Origin: Polymyxa betae A26-41
Lineage: Eukaryota > Protista > Endomyxa: Phytomyxea
Assembly (NCBI GenBank): GCA_003693705.1
Contig: RBZT01000176.1
Coordinates: forward strand, 1 to 64,000
Direction: 5' to 3'
Length of the DNA stretch: 64,000 nt
In this document: positions 62,200 through 64,000 of the stretch, piece after piece
Layout: each line of letters begins with the position of its first letter
How positions within the stretch are numbered: position 1 is the first letter of the stretch
The notes under the pieces: model-generated
The model's input: only the letters and a program-made list of their open reading frames with translations
Databases searched by the model: none
What the model was told of the DNA's origin: nothing
Made by a program: the position numbers and the translations under genes

Positions 62200-64000
62200 G
62201 ATCATCAGCGCTGGACAAGATGTGATGCATGATTCCAAGAGCGGGTCAATTTTGGCTTTGCTGAACATCATGATAGCGGCCGGTTATCAGCTGTTGCTGT
62301 ACCTTTGTGAGACAGCTCGATATATTACTTGCAGACACTGAAGTTATTGAATTCTCTCACACGAACAATCTCATAAATACCTACATGTCACTGAACCAAA
62401 CAAAACACGCATACAAAGAGTATCATCAATGGTACAAGTAATCTCATTTCGTTGAAACGATTGCTGCACATGAAGTGTTCAGAATCGTCGGCCCTCTTCT
62501 ACATAAGCTGACTTACTACTCTCATAGTAAGGTTACGCTTACACAATTGGTTTTCAAACTGACTCGATCAAGAGCAAGAAATTCCTGGTGATGATCATCT
62601 TCATTAAGCTGCTCAGCTCCGTCCATCGCATTGATCAGCTTCGACAAGGAGGACACCAAAGAGTCAAAACAGACCCGCAATGTTAGCCATCCCTGTAACC
62701 AACAATCAAGAAAGCACTATCGTCATACAAAGCCCTCAGCATCTACCTTAAAGGCAGGGTAGTCAACTAATTCACGATGTCGCTATCGATTTCCGCCTTG
62801 ATTCAGTATGGTGAATTTATTATCCAGATAATGCTATCAACCAAACCCTGATGATTCCATCAACGAGATTGCGCCTTCGGAATCCGAATGAATTCGATCT
62901 TTACTACAAGAAGGGCTTGCACTTGATCTGGGTTTAAACTGGTAATATCCATCTTTGATTTATGAATATTTAGGATACTGTACATTAGCATTTATCTACT
63001 ACAACAAACATGTGCAATGAACTCAAAACTCGGAATCTCAGAATGTTGCGACCATTCGATTTCCAATTGTTAGGTTCATCATTGTGTAAACCTTAGCTTT
63101 AGGAAGGCAGAAACATTCATTGATACCCCCCTGCGATTCTGTCAGCGGGATTCTTCCTTAACTGCAACAATCGGTTAATGATAAGCTCAGTCGAGAGATT
63201 GCTACAGACGTAGAGCTCTAAACAGACCTGTTTCAACAGTTCTGTTTCTGGCGCTTTCGAATCAGTAATGGAGGAATATGATCAAATACAGCGGATGTAC
63301 CTCATTAGGGATAACAGCTCAAAGAAGAAAGGTTCTGTGTGCTAACGGTTCGAATTCGTTGGAAAAAGGTCCAACAGCAACACGCGGCTGCTAATGCTGC
63401 CCATTCGAGTATCGAGAAAGAATCCATTCCAGCTGAAGTCTCAAGCTCTAATGTCAGTGTTGAGTTGATTAGTGAGAAAGGCAGGATTACTGACACAGGC
63501 CGTTCGACATTCTGCCCTTTCAGCTTTCGATGGTAATGTAGTGGATTACCATGGCCATAACGGGTAACTGAGAATCATGGTTTAGGATATCATGGATGCT
63601 GTAAGAAAACATCATCATGGACAGAATCGGTAAAGTCAATGCTGTGACAAGACTCATAATCAAGTTAAATACTACATTGTCATTATCTACTTCATGTTCA
63701 TCAAGTTGGGCTCTGGCAAAACAAGATAGATGCCCACTGTCGCTATTGTATTCAGGATGGCGATTAACGGTTTGGTGGTCACATTCATTCTCTTGTTGTA
63801 AGACTAATGTCTTGCTGCTTATTTCAGCAACATTGAAATTGAACTTCTGTAGTTGATGGATCTAGGTTTATCACAGCTTGTGGTATCATCTGTTTCTATT
63901 GATGCCTATTGTAATCAGACGTTGTATCCCACAAGTTGAGCAAACACACCTGCACTAATTTGATGCGAAATCGGGTTTTTGAGAGTACTGAAAAAAGAGA
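62200..64000 (-). other. Probable unresolved multi-exon gene(s) running off the window edge
   Basis: Exon-like open stretches on the minus strand (e.g. ...DNVVFNLIMSLVTALTLPILSMMMF...; SLVSSLSKLINAMDGAEQLNEDD) with GT-AG-like boundaries. No family recognised. Confidence 0.3.

Overview
Gene-dense eukaryotic DNA with many very short (about 45-60 nt) GT-AG introns and tiny intergenic gaps. It carries flagellar-type genes (an EF-hand/WD40 WDR49-like gene and a CatSper auxiliary subunit), secreted RING proteins and TTTTAGGG-type telomeric words. Together these suggest a zoosporic protist, most plausibly a plasmodiophorid (Phytomyxea); the taxon is an inference. About 30 genes are recognisable: an S9 peptidase, RPB8, PSF3, SAS10, a chromo/TFIIS-N/zinc-knuckle protein, RAB11, fasciclin, ankyrin, a Reb1/TTF1-like Myb, CAF1, two secreted C4HC3-RING proteins (one broken), two WD40 genes, a GNAT, TAM41, two Zn2Cys6 factors, a long coiled-coil gene, PP2A B'', a long-chain acyl-CoA synthetase, CATSPERE/D-like, an LRR protein, a NUDIX pseudogene, RAB7, V-ATPase D, GrpE and SCO1. 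The most unusual region is an AT-rich island at about 23.6-33 kb. It holds an array of about 10 copies of a GC-rich motif (TACTGGCCC and variants) laid over exons, introns and promoter regardless of frame or strand. It also holds two introns with oppositely oriented telomere-like repeats, decaying genes, and a compositionally foreign 1.7-kb intronless insert that may be virus-derived. One hypothesis is a centromere-like domain. All family calls come from motif recognition by eye, and multi-exon coordinates are hand-spliced and approximate.
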